Shown: in pieces, positions 35,779 to 46,185 of the stretch | Layout of the letters: every line of letters begins with the position of its first letter | Numbering within the stretch: the first letter of the stretch is position 1 | Assembly (NCBI GenBank): GCA_015069185.1 | Contig: SVJB01000005.1 | Location: 55,958-119,957, forward strand | DNA length: 64,000 bases | DNA from: Oscillospiraceae bacterium | GTDB taxonomy: Bacteria > Bacillota > Clostridia > UBA1212 > UBA1255 | Direction of reading: 5' to 3' | Made by a program: the position numbers and the translations under genes | The notes under the pieces: generated by a model | What the model saw: only the letters and a program-made list of their open reading frames with translations | What the model was told of the DNA's origin: nothing | Databases searched by the model: none

Positions 35779-38057
35779 TTGATAAAATTAACGAGGGTGT
35801 TTTCCTGATAAACGGAGAGCTTATTACAGATAATAGCGATCCTCGTGTTCAGAACATTGATAAGAAGACTGCAAGTAAAGGTACAATTGCGTCTAAAATT
35901 ATTTGCGCCCATGCTCAGGAAGATTCATATGAAGCAGAGCGTTTTCACATTAAATTTGATGCAATGGCATCACACGATATTACATATGTTGGTATTATTC
36001 AAACAGCAAGAGCCAGTGGACTTACAGAGTTTCCTGTTCCATATGTTCTTACTAACTGTCACAACTCACTGTGTGCAGTAGGCGGCACTATTAACGAAGA
36101 TGATCATGTATTCGGTTTGTCTGCTGCTAAGAAATATGGTGGCATTTATGTTCCTCCGCATCAGGCTGTAATTCATCAGTATATGCGTGAGATGATGGCA
36201 GCTCCCGGTAAGATGATTATTGGTTCTGACAGCCATACACGTTACGGTGCCCTTGGTACTATGGCAGTAGGAGAGGGTGGACCGGAGCTGGCAAAGCAGC
36301 TGCTTAAGAAACCATACGAGATTAAGAAGCCTCAAATTGTTTGTATATATCTGAAGGGTGAGGTTAAGCCGGGTGTAGGTCCTCAGGACGTGGCACTTGC
36401 CATTATCAAGGAAGTTTATGACTGTGACTTTGTATATAATAAGGTTATGGAATTCCAGGGCCCAGGCATTGATAATTTATCTATTGACTTCAGAAATGGT
36501 ATTGATGTTATGACAACAGAGACCCGTTGTCTCAGCTCTATCTGGAGAACAGATGATAAGGTACGTGAATATTTTGCGATTCACGGCAGAATTGATGAGT
36601 ATAAGGAACTGAATCCTGACAATGTTGCATATTATGACAGTGCTTTAGTTGTTGATCTGAGCAAGATAGAGTCAATGATTGCTATGCCTTTTCACCCGAG
36701 ACATGCTTATAAGGTAAGCGAATTCCTGCAAAATGCAGATGAAATATTAAATATAACACAACAACGTGCTATTGATATTTATGGAAATAAAATCGCAGCT
36801 TATACACTGCGCGATAAGTTTAGAGACGGCAAGATGTATGTTGATCAGGGAGTTATTGCCGGATGTTCAGGTGGTACTTTTGAGAATATTTGTCGTGCAT
36901 ATGAGTATATTGATGGCAAATCAACAGGTAACGGTGCGTTTACATTAAGCGTATATCCTTCGAGCCAGCCTGTATTTATGCAACTTGTTAAGAATGGCAT
37001 GATAGAGGAATTCTTAAGATGTGGTGCAGTAGTACGCTCTGCTTTCTGTGGACCATGTTTCGGTGCAGGAGACGTACCGTCAAATAATGGATTCAGTATA
37101 CGTCACACAACAAGAAACTTTGAGAATAGAGAAGGTTCACGTCCTGCGGATGGTCAGATATCATGGGTTGCTCTTATGGATGCACGTTCCATTGCAGCTA
37201 CTGCAGCAAACGAAGGTGTGCTTACTTCTGCAAGTGATTTTGCCCGAGACAATGGTATCGAAGAAAAGACATATGAGTATCAGTTTGATAAAGAGGTATA
37301 TAATAGACGTGTGTATAACGGATATTCAAAGCCTCAGAAAGAAGCAGCTCTCCAGTATGGTCCTAATATTGCAGATTGGCCTAAGCAACAAAGATTACAT
37401 GAAAATATGTTGTTAGAGGTTGCTTGCGTGATAAACGATCCGGTAACAACAACAGATGAACTTATACCAAGTGGTGAGACATCATCTTATCGTTCCAATC
37501 CTATTAAATTAGCTGAGTTTACTTTATCACGTAAAGATCCTGATTATGTAGGACGTGCCAAGGAAATTAAGGCTGCTGAAGAGGAGCGTCTTGCATATAT
37601 CAGCGGACAACCTGAAGGGGACAAGCTTAAGAAAGCTTTTGATGGAATTGATGACGTAATTAAGCTTGCATACACAACACAGATTGGTAGTGTAGTTGTA
37701 GCTACATCTCCCGGTGATGGTTCTGCAAGAGAACAGGCAGCATCATGTCAGAAGGTATTAGGTGGCCTTGCTAATATTGCAGTTGCTTATGGTACCAAGC
37801 GTTACCGTAGTAATCTTATTAACTGGGGATGTTTACCCTTTACTGTTGGTAGCTTAGCAGAGCTTGATTTGCACAATGGCGACAGAATTTTCATTAAGAA
37901 TGTAAAAGAAGCCGTTGCTGCACAGGAAAATAAGATAGATGCTGTGATTTATCGCACAAATGGAAGTGTTGATAATTGTACATTGACACTGGCAGATATT
38001 TCCAAAGATGAATCGGAAATTTTATTGGCAGGTTGTTTAATTAATTATTATAATTAA
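35775..38057 (+). CDS. aconitate hydratase (clostridial-type aconitase family, 760 aa)
   Basis: Motif IGSDSHT, Fe-S ligand regions GCSGGTFENI and FCGPCFGAGD, and swivel domain PGDGSAREQAA. Confidence 0.8.
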   Translation: MIDKINEGVFLINGELITDNSDPRVQNIDKKTASKGTIASKIICAHAQEDSYEAERFHIKFDAMASHDITYVGIIQTARASGLTEFPVPYVLTNCHNSLCAVGGTINEDDHVFGLSAAKKYGGIYVPPHQAVIHQYMREMMAAPGKMIIGSDSHTRYGALGTMAVGEGGPELAKQLLKKPYEIKKPQIVCIYLKGEVKPGVGPQDVALAIIKEVYDCDFVYNKVMEFQGPGIDNLSIDFRNGIDVMTTETRCLSSIWRTDDKVREYFAIHGRIDEYKELNPDNVAYYDSALVVDLSKIESMIAMPFHPRHAYKVSEFLQNADEILNITQQRAIDIYGNKIAAYTLRDKFRDGKMYVDQGVIAGCSGGTFENICRAYEYIDGKSTGNGAFTLSVYPSSQPVFMQLVKNGMIEEFLRCGAVVRSAFCGPCFGAGDVPSNNGFSIRHTTRNFENREGSRPADGQISWVALMDARSIAATAANEGVLTSASDFARDNGIEEKTYEYQFDKEVYNRRVYNGYSKPQKEAALQYGPNIADWPKQQRLHENMLLEVACVINDPVTTTDELIPSGETSSYRSNPIKLAEFTLSRKDPDYVGRAKEIKAAEEERLAYISGQPEGDKLKKAFDGIDDVIKLAYTTQIGSVVVATSPGDGSAREQAASCQKVLGGLANIAVAYGTKRYRSNLINWGCLPFTVGSLAELDLHNGDRIFIKNVKEAVAAQENKIDAVIYRTNGSVDNCTLTLADISKDESEILLAGCLINYYN

Positions 38058-38074
38058 TAATTGAGAGGAACACT

Positions 38075-38677
38075 GTGAAGAAGAAAATAATTACTATTAC
38101 ATTATTATTAATGATTGGAGTGTTTATGATTATGAGTACAGGTTGCAAGAATAAAGTTTACCATCCTGTAGCTACTATTGAGGTAGAGGGATTTGGTACA
38201 ATTGTTGTGGAGTTATATGATGATGTAGCACCTAACACAGTTGCAAATTTTGTTACTTTGGCACAAAGCGGTTATTATAATGGCCTTATTTTTCATCGCG
38301 TTATTGAAGGATTTATGATTCAGGGAGGATGTCCCGAGGGTAGCGGATTCGGTGGCCCCGGATATTCTATCGAAGGTGAATTCTCAAGTAATGGACATAA
38401 GAATGATTTGAAGCATACCCCTGGTGTTATTTCTATGGCTCGTTCAGGACATCCGGATAGTGCTGGTTCACAGTTCTTTATTTGTACAAGTACACCGTAT
38501 TGGCTCGATGGTGATTACGCTGCATTTGGTAAAGTAATTGAGGGCCTTGATGTTGTGATGGCTATTAGTCATGTTGATACAAATAGCAAAGATAAGCCTT
38601 TTGAAGATGTTGTCATTAAGAGCATAACCATCGACACAAAGGGTGGAGACTTCTCTGATGTTGAGAAAATTAAGTAA
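38075..38677 (+). CDS. cyclophilin-type peptidyl-prolyl isomerase, lipoprotein
   Basis: Lipobox MSTGCK. Motifs FHRVIEGFMIQGG and GSQFFI. Confidence 0.85.
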   Translation: MKKKIITITLLLMIGVFMIMSTGCKNKVYHPVATIEVEGFGTIVVELYDDVAPNTVANFVTLAQSGYYNGLIFHRVIEGFMIQGGCPEGSGFGGPGYSIEGEFSSNGHKNDLKHTPGVISMARSGHPDSAGSQFFICTSTPYWLDGDYAAFGKVIEGLDVVMAISHVDTNSKDKPFEDVVIKSITIDTKGGDFSDVEKIK

Positions 38678-41261
38678 CATAAGAGCCTCTCGCAAGGCAA
38701 AGAGAGCAGAGAAAAAAGCTCAAAAGGTACGGATTCCATTGAAAACAAGATGGAATAATTTGGTCATAGACTTTTCTGATGATGTAAAGGGCTTTTTTAA
38801 GAATGATGCAAAGACTTTCTTGCGTTGGTTTGGATTATACTTTTTGTTGGCAATTTTTTCAGTTGTTATAACTGAAGCAAGCAGTTCTCTTAAGATTGAT
38901 CAATTCCCGCAGGTTTTCTTACTAGTGTTCCTGCGATTAATTATGATGTTTGCCATTACTGTTCCGGTATTACATACAAAGCGCAGTAAAATGTATTCAT
39001 CTATAATATTGGGACTTTGGTTTGTATGGATGTCAATTACTTGTGGCAGACTTATGGTTGGTCTGGCTATTTTCTCTATTGCTGTTGTAGTTGCTTTTGC
39101 TATGTATTACTTTGGTGATAGGGAACAGCCGTCAAGACACATAAAACTATATAAGAATCTTTCTTTTGTTATTTGGATAATGATGGCAACAGTATTTGTT
39201 AGCCAGATGTTCCAGACCAGAAGTGTATTCAAGCCATTCTCATTATTCTTCATGAATCCTGATATTCTGGCAGTTAACTTTACATTTGTCATGTGTATTG
39301 GTGCGTTTATTCTGTTTACAAGACGTCCAAAAACATTTGCTTTTTTGTATTCTCTTTTATGGATTGCGCTGTCTTTTATAAGTTACGTAAAATATACCAG
39401 TTTATGGCAGCCGGTGCTGTTACTTGATGTGTATCAATTGTCTGATGCTCTGACTGCAATGTTTGCTTACTATAGCTTACCAGCTATTATTGGTGTGTTT
39501 GTTGCTTTCATTGGTGTGATAATATTAATTGTGGCTTTATCAAGACTGGAGAAGCCTGTTCGCTTTTCACTTACGAATGTTGTTGTTACTTTACTTCTGT
39601 GTATTACCTGTGTGTTTGGCCTGGAGGCAGTAACAAAGCTGGATGTCTTCAAGCTCAATGACAATGAACTAAGCGATACGTATAACAATAAGGGATTTAT
39701 TTATAGCTTTATTTCATATGCGTTTTCATCAGGTGTAGACCGCCCGGACGGATATGAAAATATTAATTTTGATTCATATCTTGGCAATGTTGAAAATGAA
39801 TATGAAAAATTTGCAGACCGTTTTGGTATAGACAGTTCTGTATTTGACGAAGTTGATAATGTTATTGTTATTCAGGTAGAATCTTTTGTAGATCCGTATC
39901 TATTTTCAGAGATGGGGGCAGAAGCATACGAAGAGGATCCTATACCGTTTTTGAGATCTCTCTTTGAAAATTATACTTCAGGTACAGTCCGTGTTCCGGT
40001 TTTCGGAGGCAGTACAGTTAAAAGTGAATTTGAGTTTCTTACAGCTCTTAATATGGACTATGTACCTGTAGGATATAATCCATATACAAAACAGCTGTTA
40101 AAGACTGGATCTGACAGCGTTGTCAGAATGTTTAAGGATGCAGGCTTTACGGCCACAGCAATGCATAATTACAGAGGCGAATTTTTCAACCGTAACGATG
40201 TTTATAGAAATCTTGGATTTGATAGATATATACCTTTGGAATATATGGCAGGTATTCAGAAGAAACCGGGACGTATATGGGCAAACGATTCAATATTGCT
40301 GGATCAACTGAAGCTTGTGTTAGACGAAGAAGAAAATGATAAGAATTTTGTTTTCACAGTTACAGTTCAGCTTCATGGAGATTACGAACCGATAGCGAAG
40401 TCTGAGTATACAATGGAAATATATGACAAATTTGCAGGTAGCTCAATTAGCGATCCTATGGGCTCTGTTGCTTACTATATTAGCCAGGCTCAGGAAGTTG
40501 ACAAAGTGTTCCGCGAATTAGTTTCATACCTTGAGTCAAGAGATGAGAAAACATTTATGTTATGTTACTCAGATCATATGCCAACTCTGTATGCTGATAT
40601 TCACGGAGAAGAAACATATGTGACTCAGTTCTTTACATGGAATAATTTAGGGCTGGACAAGCAGATAGATAAAGATATGGAGCTATATGAGTTATCAACA
40701 TATATGTTTGATTTGCTACAGACAGATGGAATTCTGACAAATAAGCTTCAACAGAATTATGCTTTTCTCAAAGAGTATGAGAGCACACTCGAGCAGCTGG
40801 AAGCAGAAGGATTGACCTCAAGTGAAGAGTACATTACGCTCAAAGCATTACATAAAGAAAAAAGTGAAGAGTATGAATCTGTGTATAAGATAATTCAGTA
40901 CTACAAGCTGTATGATGAATATAAGAAGGGCAAGTTTGATAACAAAGATTATACAATCGGTATAATTCCGTTTGTTATTGAGAATATTACAGCAAGCACA
41001 ATGCAGAAAGATATTTTCACAATTACAGGCACTGGTCTTACTTCTGATACATACATTGTTTTGAACGGCAAGAGATACTCACTTGTATATGTTGATGGAA
41101 ATACACTGACATTTAATGCCAATGATGTAAAGGTAAAAATCACTGATGAAACAAAAGTCAAGTTGCAAATTGTGGGAGCTCAACATGTAGGCTCTGCCAG
41201 AGAGGTAATACTTGGCGAGACTGAGGAGCAGACCTGGGGAAAATTATTTGTTGCAGAGTAA
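38658..41261 (+). CDS. LTA synthase (LtaS)/sulfatase family membrane protein with extended C-terminus
   Basis: I prefer the ATG at 38658 over the GTG at 38643. A long polytopic N-region is followed by a sulfatase-type block, NVIVIQVESFVDP. About 200 extra C-terminal residues include a TIG-like segment. Confidence 0.65.
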   Translation: MLRKLSNIRASRKAKRAEKKAQKVRIPLKTRWNNLVIDFSDDVKGFFKNDAKTFLRWFGLYFLLAIFSVVITEASSSLKIDQFPQVFLLVFLRLIMMFAITVPVLHTKRSKMYSSIILGLWFVWMSITCGRLMVGLAIFSIAVVVAFAMYYFGDREQPSRHIKLYKNLSFVIWIMMATVFVSQMFQTRSVFKPFSLFFMNPDILAVNFTFVMCIGAFILFTRRPKTFAFLYSLLWIALSFISYVKYTSLWQPVLLLDVYQLSDALTAMFAYYSLPAIIGVFVAFIGVIILIVALSRLEKPVRFSLTNVVVTLLLCITCVFGLEAVTKLDVFKLNDNELSDTYNNKGFIYSFISYAFSSGVDRPDGYENINFDSYLGNVENEYEKFADRFGIDSSVFDEVDNVIVIQVESFVDPYLFSEMGAEAYEEDPIPFLRSLFENYTSGTVRVPVFGGSTVKSEFEFLTALNMDYVPVGYNPYTKQLLKTGSDSVVRMFKDAGFTATAMHNYRGEFFNRNDVYRNLGFDRYIPLEYMAGIQKKPGRIWANDSILLDQLKLVLDEEENDKNFVFTVTVQLHGDYEPIAKSEYTMEIYDKFAGSSISDPMGSVAYYISQAQEVDKVFRELVSYLESRDEKTFMLCYSDHMPTLYADIHGEETYVTQFFTWNNLGLDKQIDKDMELYELSTYMFDLLQTDGILTNKLQQNYAFLKEYESTLEQLEAEGLTSSEEYITLKALHKEKSEEYESVYKIIQYYKLYDEYKKGKFDNKDYTIGIIPFVIENITASTMQKDIFTITGTGLTSDTYIVLNGKRYSLVYVDGNTLTFNANDVKVKITDETKVKLQIVGAQHVGSAREVILGETEEQTWGKLFVAE

Positions 41262-41268
41262 AAATCTA

Positions 41269-41297
41269 TTGACAGTGATGTTTTAAAGCGCTAAAAT
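41269..41297 (+). promoter_or_regulatory. promoter of the leu leader
   Basis: TTGACA (41269-41274), 17-nt spacer, TAAAAT (41292-41297). Confidence 0.6.
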
Positions 41298-41319
41298 GCA
41301 TACCAAACTTAATATTTAA

Positions 41320-41597
41320 AGGCTGTGACGAAGAATGTTCAAGGCTAGTTACTTTTCAGAGAGTCGGTGTTTGGTGCGAGCCGATATGTGAATCCTGAAT
41401 GAACTCTCACTTCTGAGCTGGTAACCTGAATCATATAAAGTGTTTAGGGTAACCCGTGTGTGCTACGTCAGTGCATAGAGGTTGATAGACTTCGAAGAGG
41501 TGGCAGATTTGATATCTGCAATTTGAGTGGTACCGCGAGTGCAAAAGTTATTTACACCCGTCTCAAAGCAAGAGCTTAGAGGCGGGTTTTATTTTTT
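41320..41597 (+). promoter_or_regulatory. T-box riboswitch leader (probable Leu specifier) with terminator
   Basis: AG bulge AGAGAG at 41358-41363 and distal loop GGTGCGA. Candidate specifier GAA-CUC is at 41401-41406. T-box core is AATTTGAGTGGTACCGCGAG (41520-41539). Terminator CCCGTCTC..GAGGCGGG plus a T-run spans 41557-41597. Confidence 0.8.
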
Positions 41598-41674
41598 GCC
41601 TAAAAACGGAATTTATCTTATAATATATAAGTTATATTTCAGACAGTATAAAAGTATGAAAGGAACAGATAAGT

Positions 41675-43348
41675 ATGATGGATTCAACAAAATATCGAGT
41701 AGGATATTTTCCAGTATCTGATAAGTATAACAAATGGGTGACAAGAGATCATATCGAGAAGCCACCGGTGTGGTGCAGTGTAGATATGAGAGATGGTAAT
41801 CAAAGCTTAGTTATACCAATGAGTCTTGAAGAAAAGCTGGAATATTACAAGGTACTTTTAGAGGTAGGCTTTAAGGAAATTGAAGTAGGTTTTCCGGCAG
41901 CAAGTGAGACAGAGTACGAATTTCTGAGGACTCTTATAGACAATAATATGATACCACAGGATGTTACAGTACAAGTATTGACACAATGTCGCGAACATAT
42001 AATCCGAAAGACTTTTGATGCATGTAAAGGTGCTCCAAGTGCTATTATTCATTTCTATAATTCTGTAAGTGTAGCGCAACGTGAACAGGTATTTAAAAAA
42101 TCAAAAGAAGAGATAAAGCAAATTGCCATTGATGGAGCCGAGTTAGTAAAGAAGTTAGCCCGTGAGTATGAAGGAAATTTCCGCTTTGAGTATTCACCGG
42201 AGTCTTTCACCGGTACTGAGCCTGAATTTGCACTGGAAGTTTGCAATGCAGTACTGGACGTATTAGAGCCCAGTGAGAATAATAATGTTATTATTAATTT
42301 ACCCGTCACAGTTGAGATGAGCTTGCCGCATGTATACGCATCGCAGGTAGAGTACATGAGCAATAATCTTAAGTATAGAGAGCATGTTACATTATCTCTC
42401 CATCCTCACAATGATAGAGGAACAGGTGTCGCAGATACAGAATTAGCATTGCTGGCCGGCGCAGAGCGTGTAGAGGGAACTTTATTTGGCAACGGAGAGA
42501 GAACAGGTAATGTGGATATTATTACGTTGGCTCTTAATATGTATTCTCATGGTATTGATCCGGGACTTGATTTATCCAATATGAATTATCTTGTAGAGAA
42601 ATATGAACGATGCACCAGGATGCATGTTTACGAGAGAGCTCCATATGCGGGTGCACTTGTCTTTGCTGCTTTCTCAGGTAGCCACCAGGATGCAATCGCA
42701 AAGGGCATGAAGTATAGGAGCAAGAATAAACTTAAAACATGGAATGTTCCGTATATTCCTATTGATCCCCAGGATATTGGTCGCACCTACGATGCGGATG
42801 TTATCAGAGTTAACTCACAGTCCGGCAAAGGTGGTATTGGATATCTGTTGGAACATACATACGGATACAATTTGCCGCCCAAAATGCGTGAACATTTCAG
42901 TTACTTATGTAAAGATATTTCTGATCATGAGCATAAGGAGCTGAAGCCTGATGATGTATTAGAGATTTTCACAGCAAATTATCTGAATATAGATGGCAAT
43001 ATTTCCGTTACTGATTTTGATTTTATGCGTGAAAATGACGCCGTTAAGATTAATATTACATTTATGCAAGATGGAGTTGAGACTGAGATGGAAGCAGAGG
43101 GTAATGGTTCACTCAGTGCTATCAATAATGCTCTTAAGGCATACACCGGTCAGGAGTACACACTGCAGGTGTTCACGCAGCATAGTATGCAGGGCCAAGG
43201 CTCACGAAGTGTGGCTGCTTCATACATCGGTTTACAGACAGAGACTGGAGAAATGTTCTGGGGTGCCGGTACAGACACAGACGTCATTACAGCCAGCACC
43301 AAAGCGTTGCTCAGCGCTTTTCACAATATGACTAAAGGAGGTAAATGA
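41675..43348 (+). CDS. leuA: 2-isopropylmalate synthase (long form)
   Basis: Motifs RDGNQS and HPHNDRGTG, with a C-terminal LeuA dimerisation/regulatory domain. Confidence 0.9.
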   Translation: MMDSTKYRVGYFPVSDKYNKWVTRDHIEKPPVWCSVDMRDGNQSLVIPMSLEEKLEYYKVLLEVGFKEIEVGFPAASETEYEFLRTLIDNNMIPQDVTVQVLTQCREHIIRKTFDACKGAPSAIIHFYNSVSVAQREQVFKKSKEEIKQIAIDGAELVKKLAREYEGNFRFEYSPESFTGTEPEFALEVCNAVLDVLEPSENNNVIINLPVTVEMSLPHVYASQVEYMSNNLKYREHVTLSLHPHNDRGTGVADTELALLAGAERVEGTLFGNGERTGNVDIITLALNMYSHGIDPGLDLSNMNYLVEKYERCTRMHVYERAPYAGALVFAAFSGSHQDAIAKGMKYRSKNKLKTWNVPYIPIDPQDIGRTYDADVIRVNSQSGKGGIGYLLEHTYGYNLPPKMREHFSYLCKDISDHEHKELKPDDVLEIFTANYLNIDGNISVTDFDFMRENDAVKINITFMQDGVETEMEAEGNGSLSAINNALKAYTGQEYTLQVFTQHSMQGQGSRSVAASYIGLQTETGEMFWGAGTDTDVITASTKALLSAFHNMTKGGK

Positions 43349-43349
43349 A

Positions 43350-44609
43350 ATGGGAATGACAATGACACAGAAAATTTTGGCTGCACATGCAGGCTTGGAC
43401 CATGTGGTAGCAGGACAACTTATTAATGCAAAGCTTGATATTGTTCTTGGCAATGATATCACAACACCAGTTGCTGTTAATGAATTTAACAAAGCAGGTT
43501 TTGATAAGATTTTTGATAAGGATAGAGTCGCTATTGTTCTTGACCATTTTGTTCCTAATAAAGATATAAAAGCTGCTGCCCAATCTAAAACATGTCGTGA
43601 ATTTGCATGTAGTCATTGTGTTAGCCATTTTTATGATGTAGGTAAGATGGGAATAGAACATGCTTTGCTGCCGGAGCAGGGTGTGGTAACTGCCGGAGAC
43701 TGTATTATAGGTGCTGACAGTCACACTTGTACTTACGGAGCACTGGGTGCTTTCTCCACGGGTGTAGGCTCTACTGATATGGCAGCCGGCATGGCAACAG
43801 GTATGGCTTGGTTCAAAGTACCTGCGGCAATCAAATTCAATCTTATGGGGAAACTGCCATCTAATTGTAGCGGTAAAGATGTTATTCTTACCATTATTGG
43901 TATGATAGGTGTAGATGGTGCATTATACAAAAGTATGGAATTTACAGGAGAGGGCGTTGCGAATCTTTCTATGGATGACAGACTGTGTATTTGCAATATG
44001 GCTATAGAAGCCGGCGCTAAGAACGGAATCTTCCCGGTGGATGATGTGACAATGGCATATATGGCAGGACGATGTGAACGTAAAGCAGTTGTTTACAGCG
44101 CAGACAGTGATGCTGAGTATGAGAAAACAATTGATATTGATTTAAGTAAGATTGTACCGACTGTTGCATGTCCTCATCTTCCTGAAAATACAAAACCTGC
44201 AAGTACACTTGGTAATATTAAAATAGACCAGGTAGTAATAGGTAGCTGCACAAATGGTCGTATGGAAGATATGGAAGCAGCTTATAATATATTAAAAGGC
44301 AAACAAATAGCAGACGGTATACGTTGCATTGTTATTCCAGGTACTATGCAGATATTACGTGAATGTGTAGAACGTGGATGGTATACCGCATTCATCGATG
44401 CAGGCGCAGTAGTATCAACTCCGACTTGTGGCCCGTGCCTTGGAGGTTATATGGGCATCCTTGCAGAAGGTGAGCGTTGTGTTGCTACTACAAATCGAAA
44501 TTTTGTAGGACGCATGGGTCATGTGAAGAGTGAGGTTTATCTTGCGTCTCCTCACACAGCCGCTGCAAGTGCTCTGACAGGATATATCACAGAATACAAG
44601 GAGGCATAA
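43350..44609 (+). CDS. leuC: 3-isopropylmalate dehydratase large subunit
   Basis: Motifs GADSHT and CGPCLG, typical of the aconitase family. Confidence 0.9.
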   Translation: MGMTMTQKILAAHAGLDHVVAGQLINAKLDIVLGNDITTPVAVNEFNKAGFDKIFDKDRVAIVLDHFVPNKDIKAAAQSKTCREFACSHCVSHFYDVGKMGIEHALLPEQGVVTAGDCIIGADSHTCTYGALGAFSTGVGSTDMAAGMATGMAWFKVPAAIKFNLMGKLPSNCSGKDVILTIIGMIGVDGALYKSMEFTGEGVANLSMDDRLCICNMAIEAGAKNGIFPVDDVTMAYMAGRCERKAVVYSADSDAEYEKTIDIDLSKIVPTVACPHLPENTKPASTLGNIKIDQVVIGSCTNGRMEDMEAAYNILKGKQIADGIRCIVIPGTMQILRECVERGWYTAFIDAGAVVSTPTCGPCLGGYMGILAEGERCVATTNRNFVGRMGHVKSEVYLASPHTAAASALTGYITEYKEA

Positions 44610-44611
44610 TT

Positions 44612-45100
44612 ATGAATACACAAGGAAAAGTTTTTAAATACTACGATAATGTAGACACAGATGTTATTATACCTGCACGTTATCTCAACACACCTGATGC
44701 CAGGGAACTTGCCACTCATTGTATGGAAGATATAGACACAGAGTTTGTGAAAAAAGTCAATAAAGGTGATGTGATTGTAGCCGGATGGAATTTTGGTTGC
44801 GGATCATCACGTGAACATGCACCTCTTGTTATAAAAACATGTGGTACAGGATGCGTTATCGCAAAGAGTTTTGCACGCATTTTCTATCGAAATGCTATAA
44901 ATATAGGTTTGCCGATTTTAGAATGTGAAGAGGCGGCTAAGGAAATAAATGCAGGTGATAAAGTGAATGTTGATTTTGATACAGGTGTTATCACTGATAT
45001 TACTACAGGCAAGACATACAAGGCACAGCCGTTTCCTCCGTTTATACAGAATATTATCAGAAAAGGTGGACTCCTTGCATCCTTGAAGGAGAGTGACTAA
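44612..45100 (+). CDS. leuD: 3-isopropylmalate dehydratase small subunit
   Basis: Motif GCGSSREHA, and position between leuC and leuB. Confidence 0.9.
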   Translation: MNTQGKVFKYYDNVDTDVIIPARYLNTPDARELATHCMEDIDTEFVKKVNKGDVIVAGWNFGCGSSREHAPLVIKTCGTGCVIAKSFARIFYRNAINIGLPILECEEAAKEINAGDKVNVDFDTGVITDITTGKTYKAQPFPPFIQNIIRKGGLLASLKESD

Positions 45101-45101
45101 A

Positions 45102-46181
45102 ATGGTGAAGAATATAGCAGTCATACGCGGCGATGGAATTGGTCCTGAAATTGTAAATCAGGCCATTCGCGTACTTGATAAGATTGGAGAATTGTATGGT
45201 CATACATTCAATTATGTAGATGTAGATATGGGTGGCTGCGCTATTGATAAATGGGGTGATCCACTGCCGGAGGCAATGCTGCAAAAATGTATTGAATCTG
45301 ATAGCGTACTGCTGGGTGCTGTAGGCGGTAATAAATGGAATGATGTTCCCGGCCATATGCGACCGGAAAAGGGATTGCTAAGACTGCGTGCAGGAATGGG
45401 TGTTTACAGTAATAATCGTCCCGCTAAGATCTGGCCACAGCTTGCAGATGCTTCGCCTTTGAGAAAATCAATTGTAGAACAGGGTATTGATTTTATTATT
45501 GTAAGAGAACTTATCGGCGGTATTTATTTTGGTGAACATAAGACTGAAGTAATTGACGGTATACCTACTGCAATAGATGTACTCACATATAGCGAGTCGG
45601 AGATAGAACGTATTGGTAGAATAGGCTTTGAGACTGCTATGAAAAGAAACAGGAAACTTTGCTCTGTAGAGAAAAGTAATGTACTTGATTCAAGTCGATT
45701 GTGGAAGAAAGTAATGCATAAGCTTTCAGAAGAGTATCCCGAAGTAGAACTATCTGATATGCTGGTAGATAATTGTGCAATGCAAATTGTTAAGAATCCC
45801 GCACAGTTTGATGTAATAGTTACAGAAAATATGTTTGGTGATATATTATCAGATGAGGCTTCTATGATTACCGGTTCTATTGGCATGATACCATCATCCA
45901 GTCTGGGAAGTTCCTCTTGTGGCTTATATGAGCCTATACATGGTTCTGCTCCCGATATTGCAGAAAAAAATATAGCAAATCCAATAGGGACTATCTTATC
46001 TGTTGCAATGATGTTAAAATATAGCTTTGATATGCAGCTTGAATCGACTGCTATTGAGAAGGCAGTATCTGATTATCTGGACGCAGGCTACAGAACGGCA
46101 GATATTATGAGTGATGGTATGACTCAGGTAAGTTGTTCAGAATGTGCTGATATAATTATAGAGAAATTAAAGAAGGAGTGA
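45102..46181 (+). CDS. leuB: 3-isopropylmalate dehydrogenase
   Basis: I prefer the ATG at 45102 after GAAGGAGAG. Motifs [10 protein letters not shown] and [12 protein letters not shown]. Confidence 0.9.
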   Translation: MVKNIAVIRGDGIGPEIVNQAIRVLDKIGELYGHTFNYVDVDMGGCAIDKWGDPLPEAMLQKCIESDSVLLGAVGGNKWNDVPGHMRPEKGLLRLRAGMGVYSNNRPAKIWPQLADASPLRKSIVEQGIDFIIVRELIGGIYFGEHKTEVIDGIPTAIDVLTYSESEIERIGRIGFETAMKRNRKLCSVEKSNVLDSSRLWKKVMHKLSEEYPEVELSDMLVDNCAMQIVKNPAQFDVIVTENMFGDILSDEASMITGSIGMIPSSSLGSSSCGLYEPIHGSAPDIAEKNIANPIGTILSVAMMLKYSFDMQLESTAIEKAVSDYLDAGYRTADIMSDGMTQVSCSECADIIIEKLKKE

Positions 46182-46185
46182 CAGA

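Noticed and set aside
41527-41721. 64-aa ORF overlapping the leu leader
   Set aside because: It spans the T-box core, the terminator and the leuA start, and the region is explained by the riboswitch.
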